A stretch of 64,000 nt of DNA, taken from positions 22,940,001 to 23,004,000 of the forward strand of contig OX597837.1 of NCBI GenBank assembly GCA_951406725.2. The letters run 5' to 3'. The notes under the pieces are model-generated. The model did no database searches and was not told the DNA's origin. It saw only the letters and a program-made list of their open reading frames with translations. Below are positions 11,851 through 25,246 of this stretch, piece after piece (within the stretch, counting starts at the first letter, position 1; each line of letters begins with the position of its first letter). The translations under genes were made by a program, and so were the position numbers. Source of the stretch: Octopus vulgaris. Its lineage: Eukaryota.

Positions 11851-13326
11851 GAAATAAAAAAGGAAACTGGATGAAACCTGCAGGAAGCTCAACTAGTCTT
11901 GTAAGTGCCATCAACTGAATAAACATATCTACCCGATCGTGGCTGTTTGCCAGCCTCGTCTGGCACGTAAAAAGCACCCACTACACTCATGGAGTGGTTG
12001 GCGTTAGGAAGGGCATCCTTGCCAGATCAGACTGGGCCTGGTGCAGCCTTCTGGCTTCCCAGACCCCAGTTGAACCGTCCAACCCATGCCAGCATGGAAA
12101 GCGGATGCTAAACGATGATGATGATGATGACACTGAACTATGTGTTAGTATATTATATTTCAAACTGTGTCTCTTCAGTCTTTTTTAAACAGGTACCTAC
12201 ATAAACTATGTGTATGTTTATACCCTGTAATTTAGTAGTTCCACAGAGATCAATAAAATAAGTACAAGGCTTAAAAATAAGTACTAGGATTGATTCAACT
12301 CTATAAGATGGTGCTCTAGCATGGCGGCAATCCAATGACTGAAGCCAGTGCAAAATAATTTTAAAAAAGTAACAAAATTCCTGATAAATGTAACCTGGGA
12401 TTCTACCATTTCTGTCATAACTCCTCTATTACAAGATCTACATCATCTCAAATTCAACTAACATAATGACAATATACTAGCACATGTATAGAAGCTGAAG
12501 TCTCTAGTGATCTCCAATAATCTGTGCTGGATTTTAGAAAACAATACTAAGAGTAAATTTTAGCTTAAGATGAAGGTAATTGTTTTAGGAGAGATCAATT
12601 TATCTATAGATATCAATGTGATGATATGTATGTTCCAGGTATTTTTTATCTTTTACTTGGTTCAGTCATTGAATTGTGGCCATGTTGGGGCACCACCTTG
12701 AAGGGGTTAGTTGAACAAATCAACTCCAGTACTTATCTTGTAGGTCATTATTCTTATTCTATCACCTCTTTTGTGAAACTGCTAAATTATGGAGCCATAA
12801 ACTGCTATGCTAACAAGACCAATCTATGACTTTTCAGACACAGATTCATCTTCTCATGAAACAAGGAGATAGATGCCTCCAATACAAAGTGTAATTTGAG
12901 GGAAATTTGGCTGCTATTTCTAGTCTGTAAATGAATACCGTGTATGTGTGTTAGTGGCCTACTAATGAAATTGATTCATAACTACACTTTAACAATTTTT
13001 AAAAAATCAAATGTTGACACAGACATAAATATTTGAAAGAGAATAAAAAATGATGAACACGGCGAGTAATTTAAGATGTGTAAACGTATAATGTACGTGC
13101 CTACATACAATACCATGATTGAAGAAAAGTATGAATATTTCAGGAAATTTTTACAGCTAAAATCAATTGAATACAATTTAGATAATATGAAAAATTTAAT
13201 TTGAAATAATTATTTTTGAAATGTGCTTTTAAGTTAATTGAAATGAAGAAATTATTAAAGATTACTTTAGCTTTTTAACAGATTCATTCAAATTCATGAA
13301 GCACTTTAAAATTGTAAGTTTAAAAA

Positions 13327-13880
13327 GGTGGTGAGCCGGCAGAATCATTAACACACCAGGCAAAATGCTTAGCAGCATTTCATCCGTCTTTACGTTCTGA
13401 GTTCAAATTCTTTCAAGGTCAACTTTCCCTTTCATCCTTTCAGGGTTAATAAAATAAGTACCAGTTGTACACTAGGGTCAATGTGATCAACTAACCCTTC
13501 CCTTGAAATTACTGGCATTGTGCCATACTTTGAAACTGATATTACTACACTATATTACTACACTGTAGTACCAGTTGTACACTAGGGTCAATGTGATCAA
13601 CTAACCCCTCCCTTGAAATTACTGGCATTGTGCCATAATTTGAAACTGATGTTACTACAGTGTTTAAAGGTGGTGAGCTGGCAGAATTGTTAGTACTATA
13701 GGCAAAATGTTTAGTGGCATTTTGTCCATCTTTGCATTCTCTGTTTAAGTTCTGTTAAGGTCGACTTTACCTTTCATCTTTTTGGGGTTGATAAGGTAAG
13801 TTCCAGTTGAACATTGGGGTTGGTGTAATCGACTTACCCACTACCTGGAAATTGCTGGAGTTGTGCCAAAATTTGAAACC
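13327..13880 (+). mobile_element. Two older family-B (Meta-domain-like) SINEs with a ~110-bp tandem duplication of the tail
   Basis: ggtggtgagc.ggcagaat...cctttcatcctttc.gggtt.ataaaataagtaccag; 13457-13552 repeated at about 13567-13660. Confidence 0.75.
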
Positions 13881-13979
13881 AATATTTGGTCATTAATATA
13901 TTTCAAGTTTTGATGTTATTCCATTCTAAAAATCAGATAGCAATGACTGCAAAGAATTAGAATTAATCTCAACTCATCT

Positions 13980-14400
13980 CATCTTCTTCACCCACTTATT
14001 CTTGAGAAGGTCGTTGGGACAGAGTCCTTAAGCACACTTTCAACAGGTCCTTTCAGAAGCAACTGTCCTTAATTGATCCAACTGGATCCCCAAATGAGAC
14101 CAACAAAGTTTATCCGACCATCTTGCGCATGATCTACCCTGGGTCTCCTGCCGGTTGGTTTTTGCCTGTAAAACCTGTCCAGTAACTCTTTCCTATGATA
14201 TTCTTACCACATACCTGCTGTACCAGAGCTGTGATCTCTTAATTTGGAGAAGTAGTGGCTCTACCTGGAGTGTCTCTCTGATTGCTGAGATACACACTCT
14301 ATCGAGTAATGTTACTCCAAAAACTCTTCAGAAGAACCCGGTTTCGGATGCTTGTATTCATGATTGTATTCTTTTGGTCATTACCCAAGATTCATCATCA
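13980..14400 (-). mobile_element. RTE LINE 3' fragment, degraded
   Basis: ESWVMTKRIQS*IQASETGFF*RVFGVTLLDRV..IRETLQVEPLLLQIKRSQLW. Confidence 0.8.
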
Positions 14401-14470
14401 CAGACAAGGGTGGGCACAAACATTGAATTAAAAATAGCAATTGATATTTTTCTAAAATAAAACTATTTAT

Positions 14471-14698
14471 TTAACCTTTTAGCGTTCAGGTTATTCTATC
14501 AAACATAATGCCTATTGATTCCCATTGATTTGAATTAATCATGCATTATCTCATATCTTCAAGATCTTGACAGTGTAATTACTTAATGGGGAATAACATT
14601 GTAGGGTAGGTGTAAGAGCCTGGATCTGGTCAGTTTGAACATAAAACAGATGAACTATTTTGGCCGGATATGGCTGGTTTAAATACTAAAGGGTCAAT
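14471..14698. mobile_element. TTAA-flanked (piggyBac-like) MITE; related copy at about 51004-51218
   Basis: ttaa-ccttttagcgtt...aatactaaaggg-tcaa termini; internal homology to 51004-51218. Confidence 0.65.
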
Positions 14699-14788
14699 GC
14701 ATTACAAGCCTGCTATGTTGCACTGGAGAAACATTTAGAGAATTGATTTGCTTCTCGCAAGATGATACGTGAACACAACTAATGATAA

Positions 14789-14926
14789 TGAACCTTTAGC
14801 ATGCTGAAAGTGAATCATGCCACTGTATGAGTTTTCTCCCCTGTAGCTCCAGGTGCACTATGTTTCATTGAGAAGGGAGAAAACTCATATGGCAATATGA
14901 TTCGCCTTTAGTGTGCTAAAGGTTAA
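14789..14926. mobile_element. Short palindromic MITE with ~50-bp imperfect TIRs and TTAA-type ends
   Basis: cctttagca.gct.aa.g.gaatcat...atgagttttctccc / gggagaaaactcat...atgattcgcctttagtgtgctaaagg-ttaa. Confidence 0.7.
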
Positions 14927-15849
14927 TGCGTGTATATATGTTTGTGTGTCTGTGTTTGTCCCCACCACCATTGCTGATGTTGGTGTGTTTACGTCTTCGT
15001 AACTTAGTGGTTTGGCAAAAGAGACCGATAGAATAAGTACTTGGCTTACAAAGAATCAGTTCTGGGGTCAATTTGTTGGACTAAAGGCGGTGCTCCAGCA
15101 GTCAAATGATTGAAACAAGTTAAAATAATAAAAAGATATATATATATATATATACAAACGCACATGCATCTCTATTTTATTTAAAAAATTCTATTATACT
15201 AACAGATTACTGAAAGCATTTATTGCCCAAACTTTCCTTTCACGATAATTACATTTCATGCTAGTGCATGTGTGTGTGCACGCAGGCATTTGCATGTGTA
15301 TGTATGCAGCCATGTGTGCATGTATATGTGTGTGTGCATGCATGTGTGTGTGTGGGCTTGTGTGTGTATGCGTGCGTGAGTGTGTATTTTATGGCCAGAT
15401 ACACGAATGCTTAATGAATTCCATTTATCTTGCACCAGTTCCATTTTTCTTTATTCGTTACAGAGAAAGTTCCAAGACATTATTTGCTTAGAGCAATTTT
15501 ATTATTATTGTCTCAAAATATTGGTCTCAAATTTTGCCACATGGCTAGCAATTTGTGAGGGGAAGGTAAAATCGATTACATTGTCCCTTCCTCCCATCAC
15601 CACTACCACCACCACCACCACCACCACCACAATCCCCCTCAGTATTCAACAGGTACTTATTTTATCAATCTTGAAAGGATGAAAGGCAAAGTAGACACTC
15701 CCTCTCTCACCACCATCACCACCAGTGGTGGCAGATAAACTCAGAACGTGAAGATGGAAGAATTTGTTGCTAAGCATTTTTACAGTGTATTAACGATTCT
15801 GCCAGCTCACTACATTATTGTCGCAGAAAAAATAAATTTTAAAACTCAG

Positions 15850-16013
15850 AGACGTAGGAGAGGTTGTGTGGTAAGAAGCTTGCTTACCAACCACATGGTT
15901 CCGGGTTCAGTCCCGCTGCGTGGCACCTTGGGCAAGTGTCTTATACTGTAGCCTTGGGCCAACCAAAGCCTTGTGAGTGGATTTGGTAGACGGAAACTGA
16001 AAGAAGCCCGTCT

Positions 16014-16068
<55 letters not shown>

Positions 16069-17240
16069 ATGTATATGTTTGTGTTTGTTCCCACAACATT
16101 GCTTGATAACCGATGCTGGTGTGTTTACGTCCCCGTAACTTAGCAGTTCGGCAAAAGAGACCGACAGAAGAAGTACTAGGTTTACAAAGAATAAGTCCTG
16201 GGGTCGATTTGCTCGACTAAAGGTGGTGCTCCAGCATGGCCACAGTCAAATGACTGAAACAAGTAAAAGAGTAAAAAAGTAAATTTATTCAATACTTTCG
16301 AGTCTTCTATATCTTAAGCTGATTTTAGACTTTACTTTAAATATGCTAAAGCCTATCCTTTCTCCAGAACACACACACACACAAGAAATGCATATAGGCA
16401 CATGCACACCTGCGCACACAAAGACGTCTGATTTAAATTTGATGAAATGATTAATTTAAATCTTAATCAAATGCAGACATGGCTGTGTGGTAAGAAGCTT
16501 GCTTCCCAACCACATGACTCCAGGTTCAGTTCCAGTGCGTGGCACATTGGGCAAGTGACTTCTACTATAGCCTGGGATTGACCAAAGCCTTGTGATTGGA
16601 TTTGGTAGACCGAAACTGAAAGAAGCCTGTCATGTGTATGTGTCTGTGTTTATCCTGCACCACCATTTGACAACCAGTGTTGGTTTGTTTATGTCCCCAT
16701 AATTTAATGGTCTGGCAAAAAGAGGCCAACAGAATAAGAACCAAGATTTTAAAAAGAAGTACTGGGGTTGATTCATTTGATTAGAAATACTTCAAAGCGG
16801 TGCCCCAGCATAGCTGCAGTCTATTGATTGGAACAAATAAAAAAAAATACTCTCTCTTTTAGTCTTTTACTTGTTTCAATCATTTGACTGCGGCTGTGCT
16901 GGAGCACTGCCTTTAGTCGAGCAAATCAACCCCAGAACTTATTCTTTGTAAGCCCAGTACTTATTCTATCGGTCTCTTTTGCCGAACCGCTAAGTGACAG
17001 GGACGTAAACACAACAGCATCGGTTGTCAAGCAATGCTATGGAGATTAACACAGACACACACATACATACATATATACGACAGGCTTCTTTCAGTTTCCG
17101 TCTACTAAATCCACTCACAAGGCATTGGTCGGCCCGGGGCTATAGCAGAAGACACTTGCCCAAGATGCCATGCAGTGGGACTGAACCCGGAACAATATGG
17201 TTGGTTAGCAAGCTCCTTACCACACAGCCACTCCTGCGCC
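15850..17240. mobile_element. Cluster of three family-A SINEs: 15850-16280 (+), 16472-16850 (+), 16862-17240 (-)
   Basis: Matches to the family-A consensus; the last two are tail-to-tail. Confidence 0.85.
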
Positions 17241-18443
17241 TAATACTTTGGTTTAAAAAAAAAAATTTTCTTTTTATTGGTAAGTAAGTAGTACAATAAT
17301 ATTTCAAGTGAAATCTCAATTGTTGTAACTATTATTAATATCATATATGTGATAAGACATGATTGTGAATTGGGTTTGAGGTTGGGATACATTCTGTGGC
17401 CATCTTACATTGTGTAACTGTCAAAGCTTTCCTGTGAGTTTGCCAGATGTTGTCCAAATGGAAATTATGAACGGATATTGGCACTGATGCAACTGCAGAA
17501 ATTATTGGAATCATGCCATGCTAGATAACTTCACACTTTTCCCCTTCTAGTTGGTTTTTTCAACAGAGGAGCCTTGAAGGAATGTAAACCAGGATATTTT
17601 GACTTAATTTAATTGTAAGCGACACACAATATTAGAGTAATTTCATGAAATCTCTGCTTTATTCTTTCATAACTGTAAATTAAAATTCAGCTCAGTTCTA
17701 ACAGCACAAAAATTGAAGAAGGGTTGTTTGCACCATAATACTAATACAGTTTTCATGCTACTAAACAAATTCTCTATCCTCTGGTGTGAGAGATCATTTG
17801 GCCGATATGCATTTATGGTTCCCCGTGCCGGTGGCACATAAAAAGCACCATCCGTTCGTGGCCGTTTGCCAGCTCTGTCTGGCACCTGTGTGGGTGGCAC
17901 GTAAAAAGCACCCACTACACTCACGGAGTGGTTGGCGTTAGGAAGGGCATCCAGCCGTAGAAACACTGCCAGATCTGACTAGGCCTGATGAAGCCTTCTG
18001 GCTTCACAGACCCCAGTTGAACCGTCCAACCCATGCTAGCATGGAAAACGGAAGCTAAACGATGATGATGATGATGAAATTTATAGATTTATTCAATACT
18101 TTCGAGTATTCTATATCTTAAGCTGATTTTAGACTTTACTTTAAATATGCTAAAGCCTATCCTTTCTCCAGAACACCCACACACAAGAATGCATATAGGC
18201 ACATGCACACACGTGCACACTCGCACACACAAAGAAGTCTGATTTAAATTTGATGAAATGATTAATTTAAATCTTAATCAAATGCAGACATGGGTGTGTG
18301 GTAAGAAGCTTGCTTCCCAACCACATGACTCCAGGTTCAGTTCCAGTGCGTGGCACATTGGGCAAGTGACTTCTACTATAACCTGGGATTGGCCAAAGCC
18401 TTGTGATTGGATTTGGTAGACGGAAACTGAAAGAAGCCTGTCA

Positions 18444-19050
18444 TGGACACTGAACAAATTTGAGAAGGATATGATCAATGTATGAGAAATGTGGGTGTAT
18501 GGGAGAATGTTACAAGTATCTTACAAGGACCATCAGACAAATGAAGAGGTGTCACAATAAGAAGGTGAAAGATGATAATTCCTGAACATTGTGAAAAAAC
18601 CAAAGCTCATCTATTATGACCATATTCAAAGAAGCTGGGGTCTGGAAAACATTATCATCAAAGGAAGAGTATATTTCTTTACTACCCGCAAGGGGCTAAA
18701 CACAGAGAGGACAAACAAGGACAGAAAAAGAAAAAGGGATTAAGTCGATTACATCGACCCAGTGTGAAACTGGTACTTTATTTATTGACCCCAAGAGGAT
18801 GAAAGGCAAAGTCGACCTTGGCGGAATTTGAACTCAGAACATAACAACAGACGAAATACCACTAAGCATTTCACCCGGCCTGCTAACGTTTCTGCCAGCT
18901 CAGGGCAGTAGATCAAAAGACAGGCAAAGAATGTAATGGATGGATAATATCATGAACTGGTGGGACAAGAGTGGCAAGCAACTGGAGGACTTAAGCAACT
19001 TGGGAAGACTTTTGTTGTTGTGTTATCAATGCACTGCAGGTGTACAACAC
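18444..19050 (+). mobile_element. RTE (BovB-like) LINE 3' fragment split by a young family-B SINE (18673-18902, minus)
   Basis: WTLNK..EMWVYGRMLQVSYKDHQTNEEV...KLIYYDHIQR..LENIIIKGRV | GSRSKDRQRM*WMDNI. Confidence 0.8.
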
Positions 19051-19288
19051 ATGACAATGACTCTCTGTCTCATATGAACCAAAGTTGCTATGATTCCTAT
19101 ATGATCAGAACATTACAATCTTGGTGTTGTGAACATAACAACTGGCTTCAAAGGCTGTAAGTTAATGACTCTTGGAAGGTAATGTTGTGACATACATTGT
19201 GATCAAAACAAATATCAATGAAGCCAAACCTATTAGTAATCACATCAGGTAAACGTCTGCTATCTATGCAGTATTTATTTCTCCACCA

Positions 19289-19678
19289 GGTAAGTAGCTT
19301 GCTAACCAACCACATGGTTCCGGGTTCAGTCCCACTGCGTGGCATCTTGGGCAAGTGTCTTCTACTATAGCCTGGGATTGACCAAAGCCTTGTGATTGGA
19401 TTTGGTACACTGAAACTGAAAGAAGCCTGTCGTATATAGGTATGTATATATATATATGCGTGTGTGTGTTTGTGTGTCTGTGTTTGTCCCCCTAGCATTG
19501 CTTGACAACCGATGCTGGTGTGTTTACGTCCCCGTCACTTAGCGGTTCGGCAAAAGAGACCGATAGAATAAGTACTGGGCTTACAAAGAATAAGTCCCGG
19601 GGTCGATTTGCTCGACTAAAGGCGGTACTCCAGCATGGCCACAGTCAAATGACTGAAACAAGTAAAAGAGTATAGAGT
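19289..19678 (+). mobile_element. Family-A SINE, slightly 5'-truncated
   Basis: Consensus match. Confidence 0.85.
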
Positions 19679-20111
19679 AGGGAAGTATTTCATAGAAAAG
19701 GGCAGCTTATATTCTGAAAAATACTATATTTACATGGGTGGGACAGAAACATGGTGTATGGTGAAGGAGGAATGAAAAAGAAATGAAACTTTTTGTGGAA
19801 TATTTTGATTTAGGTGAAAGAGAAATTATCTTAACAAAACAATACGATGCTGAACGAAAATGGGAAATTCCCTCAATGATAATTCTCTATCTGAACGTTA
19901 CAGGACATTAGGTTTGGTTTTAAAAAAGGTAAAAAAAAAAAAAAAAAAAAAATCAGTTTTACACAGATGTATATATTATGTACATAAACAGACCCCCCCC
20001 CACCACACATATGTAAATGTTATGTACATAAAATACACGCATGAATATACTATGTACACACACACATGAATAAATAAATTATAATTGTACAGTGATATTC
20101 CAGTTCAATGA

Positions 20112-20161
20112 AGCTATTAGAATATATTTAAAGATTAAATCATTTTAAAAACTTAATAATG

Positions 20162-20204
<43 letters not shown>

Positions 20205-20326
20205 TTATAATAATAATAATGCTATTAGAATATATTTAAAGATTAAATCATTTTAAAAACTTAATAATGATGATAATAATAATAATGCTATTAGACTATA
20301 TTTAAAAATTAAATCATTTTAAAAAC

Positions 20327-20371
<45 letters not shown>

Positions 20372-20372
20372 T
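20112..20372. repeat. Three copies of a ~42-bp unit separated by (AAT)n of variable length
   Basis: gctattagaatatatttaaagattaaatcattttaaaaactt at 20113, 20221 and 20287. Confidence 0.85.
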
Positions 20373-20528
20373 TAATCATCATCATCATCATTGTCGTTTA
20401 ACGTCCGTTTTCCGCGCTAGCACGGGTTGGACGGTTCGACTGGGGTCTGGTCGAACCGTCCAACCCGTGCTAGCGCGAATAATAATAATACTATTAATAT
20501 TAATAATAATAATAATAATAATAATTTT

Positions 20529-20560
<32 letters not shown>

Positions 20561-21062
20561 GATGGGCTACAGCAAATATTGTCTTGGTATAAAAGATGGG
20601 CTACAGCAAATATTCTGCTCAATGCCACAGATTTGCTTGTCAGTTGTTTGACCGTAACCAGTTGAGCATGTCCCTTAGTGGCTGACGATATGTGCATCTC
20701 TGATCATGAGCAGAAGTAGTGGGGGAGCATCATAGCCGTGTGTTGAAAGGAATTCTTGGAGGTTTGGATAATTCACCTTTGGAAGCATGGGTGGTTTGTT
20801 CAACATCCTTAAACAATCCTTATTCAAGGACCTTTTGGGTGGGATGGGCTACTCGACCAGAAGAAAATTCTCACTGGGCCCCACCTGCAAGGTCATGCGC
20901 TGTTTATCTTGATATGAGATCACTATGTTGCGCACATATGGTTGTGATGCATGTGCCTGGTGTATGCTTATCAGACAGGTAGTCATGATGGGTATACTGG
21001 GCTTCGTATATTTTACCCCAGTGTCACTTTGATAGCATGCACTGCTCTCTCTCTCACTCAAT
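20561..21062 (+). mobile_element. Unclassified (AAT)-flanked interspersed repeat, possibly a LINE 3' region; fragments at 25122-25162 (+) and about 58550-58710 (-)
   Basis: Shared ctacagcaaatattctg.tcaat.ccaca.atttgcttgtca and tail ccccagtgtcactttgat.gcatgcactgctctctcactcaataat. Confidence 0.55.
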
Positions 21063-21082
21063 AATAATAGTAATAATAATAA

Positions 21083-21500
21083 TCCTTTCTACTATAGGCA
21101 CAAGGCCTGAAATTTGGGGGAGAGGGATAGTTGATTACAACAACCCCAGTACTCAACTGGTACTTAATTAATCAACCTCAAAAGGATGAAAGGCAAAGTC
21201 GACATTGGCGGAATTTGAACGCAGAACGTAACGGCAGACAAAATACACTAAGCATTTCACTTGGCATGCTAATAGTTCTTATTTCTTTATTGCCCACATA
21301 GAGGGGACAAACAAGGACAGACAAAGGGATTAAGTTGATTACATCAAACCCAGCGCATAACTTGTACTTAATTTATCGACACCGAAAGGATGAAAGGCAA
21401 AGTCGACCTCGGCGGAATTTGAACTCAGAATGTTAACGGCAGGCGAAACACTGCTAAGAATTTCGCTTGGCATGCTAACATTTCTGCCAGCTCGCTGCCT
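21083..21500 (-). mobile_element. Two family-B SINEs (older 21083-21275, younger 21281-21500)
   Basis: Reverse complement of ggcggcgagctggcagaa...gttcaaattccgccgaggtcgactttgcctttcatcctttcggggtcgataaattaagtacc. Confidence 0.85.
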
Positions 21501-21529
21501 TTAACAACAACAAGAACAATAATAATGCA

Positions 21530-21772
21530 GGTAAAAAATGTATTCCTGTAGATATAGGTGCATTAGAAACTATTCCTAAACATTTGAACAAATGGATAAA
21601 AGAAATAGGTAGAGAAACTAGTTTAGTGCAGCTCCAGAAAACAGTATTATTAAGGACAGCTAGGATAGTTGGGAAGGTTCTTGACCATCTAAGGTAACTT
21701 GTTGTAGCCAGATGTTAGTAGTAATTTTTTTCCATCGGTCTAATCTGTCGTGCATATATGAAATGATAATAC
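21530..21772 (+). mobile_element. Dong/R4 LINE 3' end
   Basis: CIPVDIGALETIPKHLNKWIKEIGRETSLVQLQKTVLLRTARIVGKVL matches the typical IGALG..LQKTVLLGTARILRKVL C-terminus; it sits among AAT/AAC repeats. Confidence 0.85.
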
Positions 21773-22486
21773 TAATAGCAACAACAACTTAAACATAAAA
21801 AAAATAAAAAACAATGGAAATTGTAGCTGTGATACCAGTGTCGGTGGCACGTAAGAGAACCATCCGAATGTGGCAATTGCCAGCGCCGCCTCGACTGGCC
21901 TCTGTGCTGGTGGCACGTAAAAGAACCATCCGAATGTGGCAATTGCCAGCGCCGCCTCGACTGGCCTCTATGCTGGTGGCACGTAAAAAGCACCATCCGA
22001 TCGTGGCCGTTTGCCAGCCTCGTCTGGCACGTAAAAAGCACCCACTACACTCTCAGAGTGGTTGGCGTTAGGAAGGGTATCCAGCCGTAGAAACATTGCC
22101 AAATCAGACTGGGCCAGGTGCAGCCTTCTGGCCTCCCAGACCCCAGTTGAACCGTCCAACCCATGCTAGCATGGAAAGAGGATGCTAAACGATGATGATG
22201 ATGATTAGAAGAAGTGAAAGGTAAAAGAACACTACTTCAACAAAAACCAATAGTACATAGCACAATGAGAAAACCAACATAAAATTCAACCAAAAATATA
22301 TGTGTGTGTTTGTGTGTGTGTATAGAGGTAGCAATGCAGATGAACAGTTATATATATATATATATAACATAAAGGAAATATACAGAATATGAAGAAAATA
22401 AATACTTTATTCAGTATTTTTTGTGCTGTATCTATATACATAAAATACATCGAATACAGGACATCACCAATGAGTGAAAAATACAG

Positions 22487-22489
22487 ATT

Positions 22490-22538
<49 letters not shown>

Positions 22539-22589
22539 GTAGATAGATAAATAGATAGATAGATAGATAGATATAGATAGGTAGATAGA

Positions 22590-22621
<32 letters not shown>

Positions 22622-22645
22622 TAGATAAATAGATAGATAAATAGG

Positions 22646-22680
<35 letters not shown>

Positions 22681-22692
22681 GTAGATAGATAA
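22487..22692. repeat. (GATA)n microsatellite; compound (TA)/(TCTA)/(TC) block follows at about 22965-23380
   Basis: Read directly from the sequence. Confidence 0.95.
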
Positions 22693-22766
22693 ATATAACT
22701 GTTTGATCTATACATGTAACGCTCAATAAATGTGTTGAGTGCCCTTCTTTTGTTTGTCAACTCAAT

Positions 22767-22797
<31 letters not shown>

Positions 22798-23218
22798 GAA
22801 GCCTAATTGTGTTTATCTCCATTACTCTCTCTATATCGGCTCAGGCTAGATCTCTTTTATATCCACTATTGATGGTGCAAGCCCAGCCCTGGATGAAGAA
22901 TTTGGTGTTTAAATTCTTCTGAGCACTACTATATATTGAGCATATCCATTTTTCACATTTTGACTGTATCTATCTACCTACCTATCTCTCTCTCTCTCTC
23001 TCTCTATCTATAGATATATATATAACTATATCTATATCCCTCTATATCTATCTATCTATCTATATAACTATATCTATATCCCTCTATATCTATCTATCTA
23101 TCTATATCCCTCTATATCTATCTATCTATCTATCTATATATATATATATATATATATATAGATAACTATATCTATATATCTCTCTCTCTCTCTCTCTGTC
23201 TGTCTGTATGTATGTATG

Positions 23219-23261
<43 letters not shown>

Positions 23262-23324
23262 CTATCTATCTATCTATCTATATCTCTATATATATACACA
23301 TACATGTGTGTATTTACATATATA

Positions 23325-23364
<40 letters not shown>

Positions 23365-24030
23365 GTTTATATATATATGTAAGTAACTATATAGGAAGTT
23401 AATTTAAACGTATGATTTGTGGAAAGTAACAAAAATTAGCCATTGAAATTAAACAGAAAATTGTTTAATCGTGCAACTAGTTGGAAATGAACATTAGTTT
23501 ATTGTTAGTTGTGTGGAGAGTATGAAAATGTAGAAGAATATTGATTGAATGTGTGAAGCTAGGCAGTGACTAGAGCAACAATAATAGTATGATGCAGCAG
23601 AGAGTAGTAAAAGGCAAAATAACCTTGCCATCATTCTATCTTGTTGCACAGTAACCAAGTGAAGTTGTTCGCGTTAAAAACCTTAACTACAAACAAGACA
23701 AACACTGGTTGATAAATGATTGAAACTATAAAGAAATTCCACAGAGAAAAAATACCAAAGAAAACAAAAGTGCAAACGAAATAATTGATATTATTAAATA
23801 TAATTTTTGATGGAGAACACTCCCAATTTGTCTAGACTCTAAGTAAGTGTGTATGTGTGTGTGTCTCTCTCTTTGTGTTTACAATATTTCCCAAGCTGGA
23901 AAAAGAGATAATTTGAAATAATTTAGAACAAACAAAATTTCTAGAATTGTATCTTATGTTGTTTATATTTATTTCTATTAAGTAAGTGTAAGTTATAAAT
24001 GAACACTGACTGAAAAATATAGGTTCTTAA

Positions 24031-24630
24031 CAAGTGTTTTTCAACCATTTTTTTTTTCACCAATGTTTCTTTTTGATTCCTATTTTACTGACATGGACCC
24101 TTATAGCCATCTAATGTTTAAACAAAAATCCAATTATATTTTTATAACTAAATATTATTAGGAACTGTATAAAAGAATTGCTGAAAGTATATATACCATG
24201 TTTCTGTCCCACCCTTGTATATATATCATATTTTTCAGAATATAAGCTGCCCTTTTGATTGAAATACTTCCTTATTTTGCTAAAAGTATAGCCAGTTTAT
24301 TGCACATAAATATATGTTTCTTTATTACCCACAAGGGGCTAAACATAGAGGGGACAAACAAGGACAGACAAACGAATTAAGTCGATTACATCGACCCCAG
24401 TGTGTAACTGGTACTTAATTTATCGACCTCGAAAGGATGAAAGGCAAAGTCGACCTCGGCGGAATTTGAACCCAGAATGTAACGGCAGACGAAAAATACG
24501 GCTACGCATTTCGTCCGGCGTGCTAACTTTCTGCCAGCTTGCCGCCTGTACAATTTATTGCACATAAATATAGACAACAAAATCTTATCTGGACACCCAA
24601 GGGCCATATAGACCCCAGTTGAGAATCTAG
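24031..24630. mobile_element. Old hAT-like MITE interrupted by a young family-B SINE (24315-24546, minus) and an ~80-bp foreign insert; related remnant at about 28000-28243
   Basis: caagtgtttttcaacc...gaccccagttgagaatc termini; SINE flanked by the duplicated tttattgcacataaatata. Confidence 0.6.
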
Positions 24631-24834
24631 ACGTTAAAGTCTCAGACTAACAAAATCTCAGACCAACATAAGCTCCTACATTTAATGTAAAGTGTTACAC
24701 AAAGTATTTCATAATACCTAGATCAGAGTTGAAACCACATTTATTAGGACACATTTGACTCCAGTAAAACCTTAGACCAAGCTAAGCACAAAAATCATTT
24801 GTCTCTCCACAACTAATAATAATATCAATAACAA

Positions 24835-25066
24835 TCCTTTCTACCATAGGCACAGGGCCTGAATTTTTGTGAGGCGGGATAAATTGATTACATCAACCCC
24901 AGTGCTTGACTGGTATCTATTTTACTGAACCCAAAAGGATGAAAGGCAAAGTTGACCTTGGTGGAAAATGAACTAAGCATTTAGTCCCTCTTTACATTAA
25001 CAATTCTTCCAGCTCGCCACCTTAATGATAATAATAATGATGATGATGATGATAATAATAGTAATA

Positions 25067-25121
<55 letters not shown>

Positions 25122-25161
25122 TCCCAGTGTCACTTTGATGGCATGCACTGCTCTCTCACTC

Positions 25162-25246
<85 letters not shown>

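Noticed and set aside
15846-16094. Recurrent peptides such as RASFSFRLPNPLTRLW..GYSRRHLPK and YDGLLSVSVYQIHSQGF suggesting a gene family
   Set aside because: They are antisense frames of the family-A SINE.
20112-20372. Repeat-spacer-repeat layout resembling a CRISPR array
   Set aside because: The spacers are only (AAT)n of varying length, the context is eukaryotic, and there are no cas genes.
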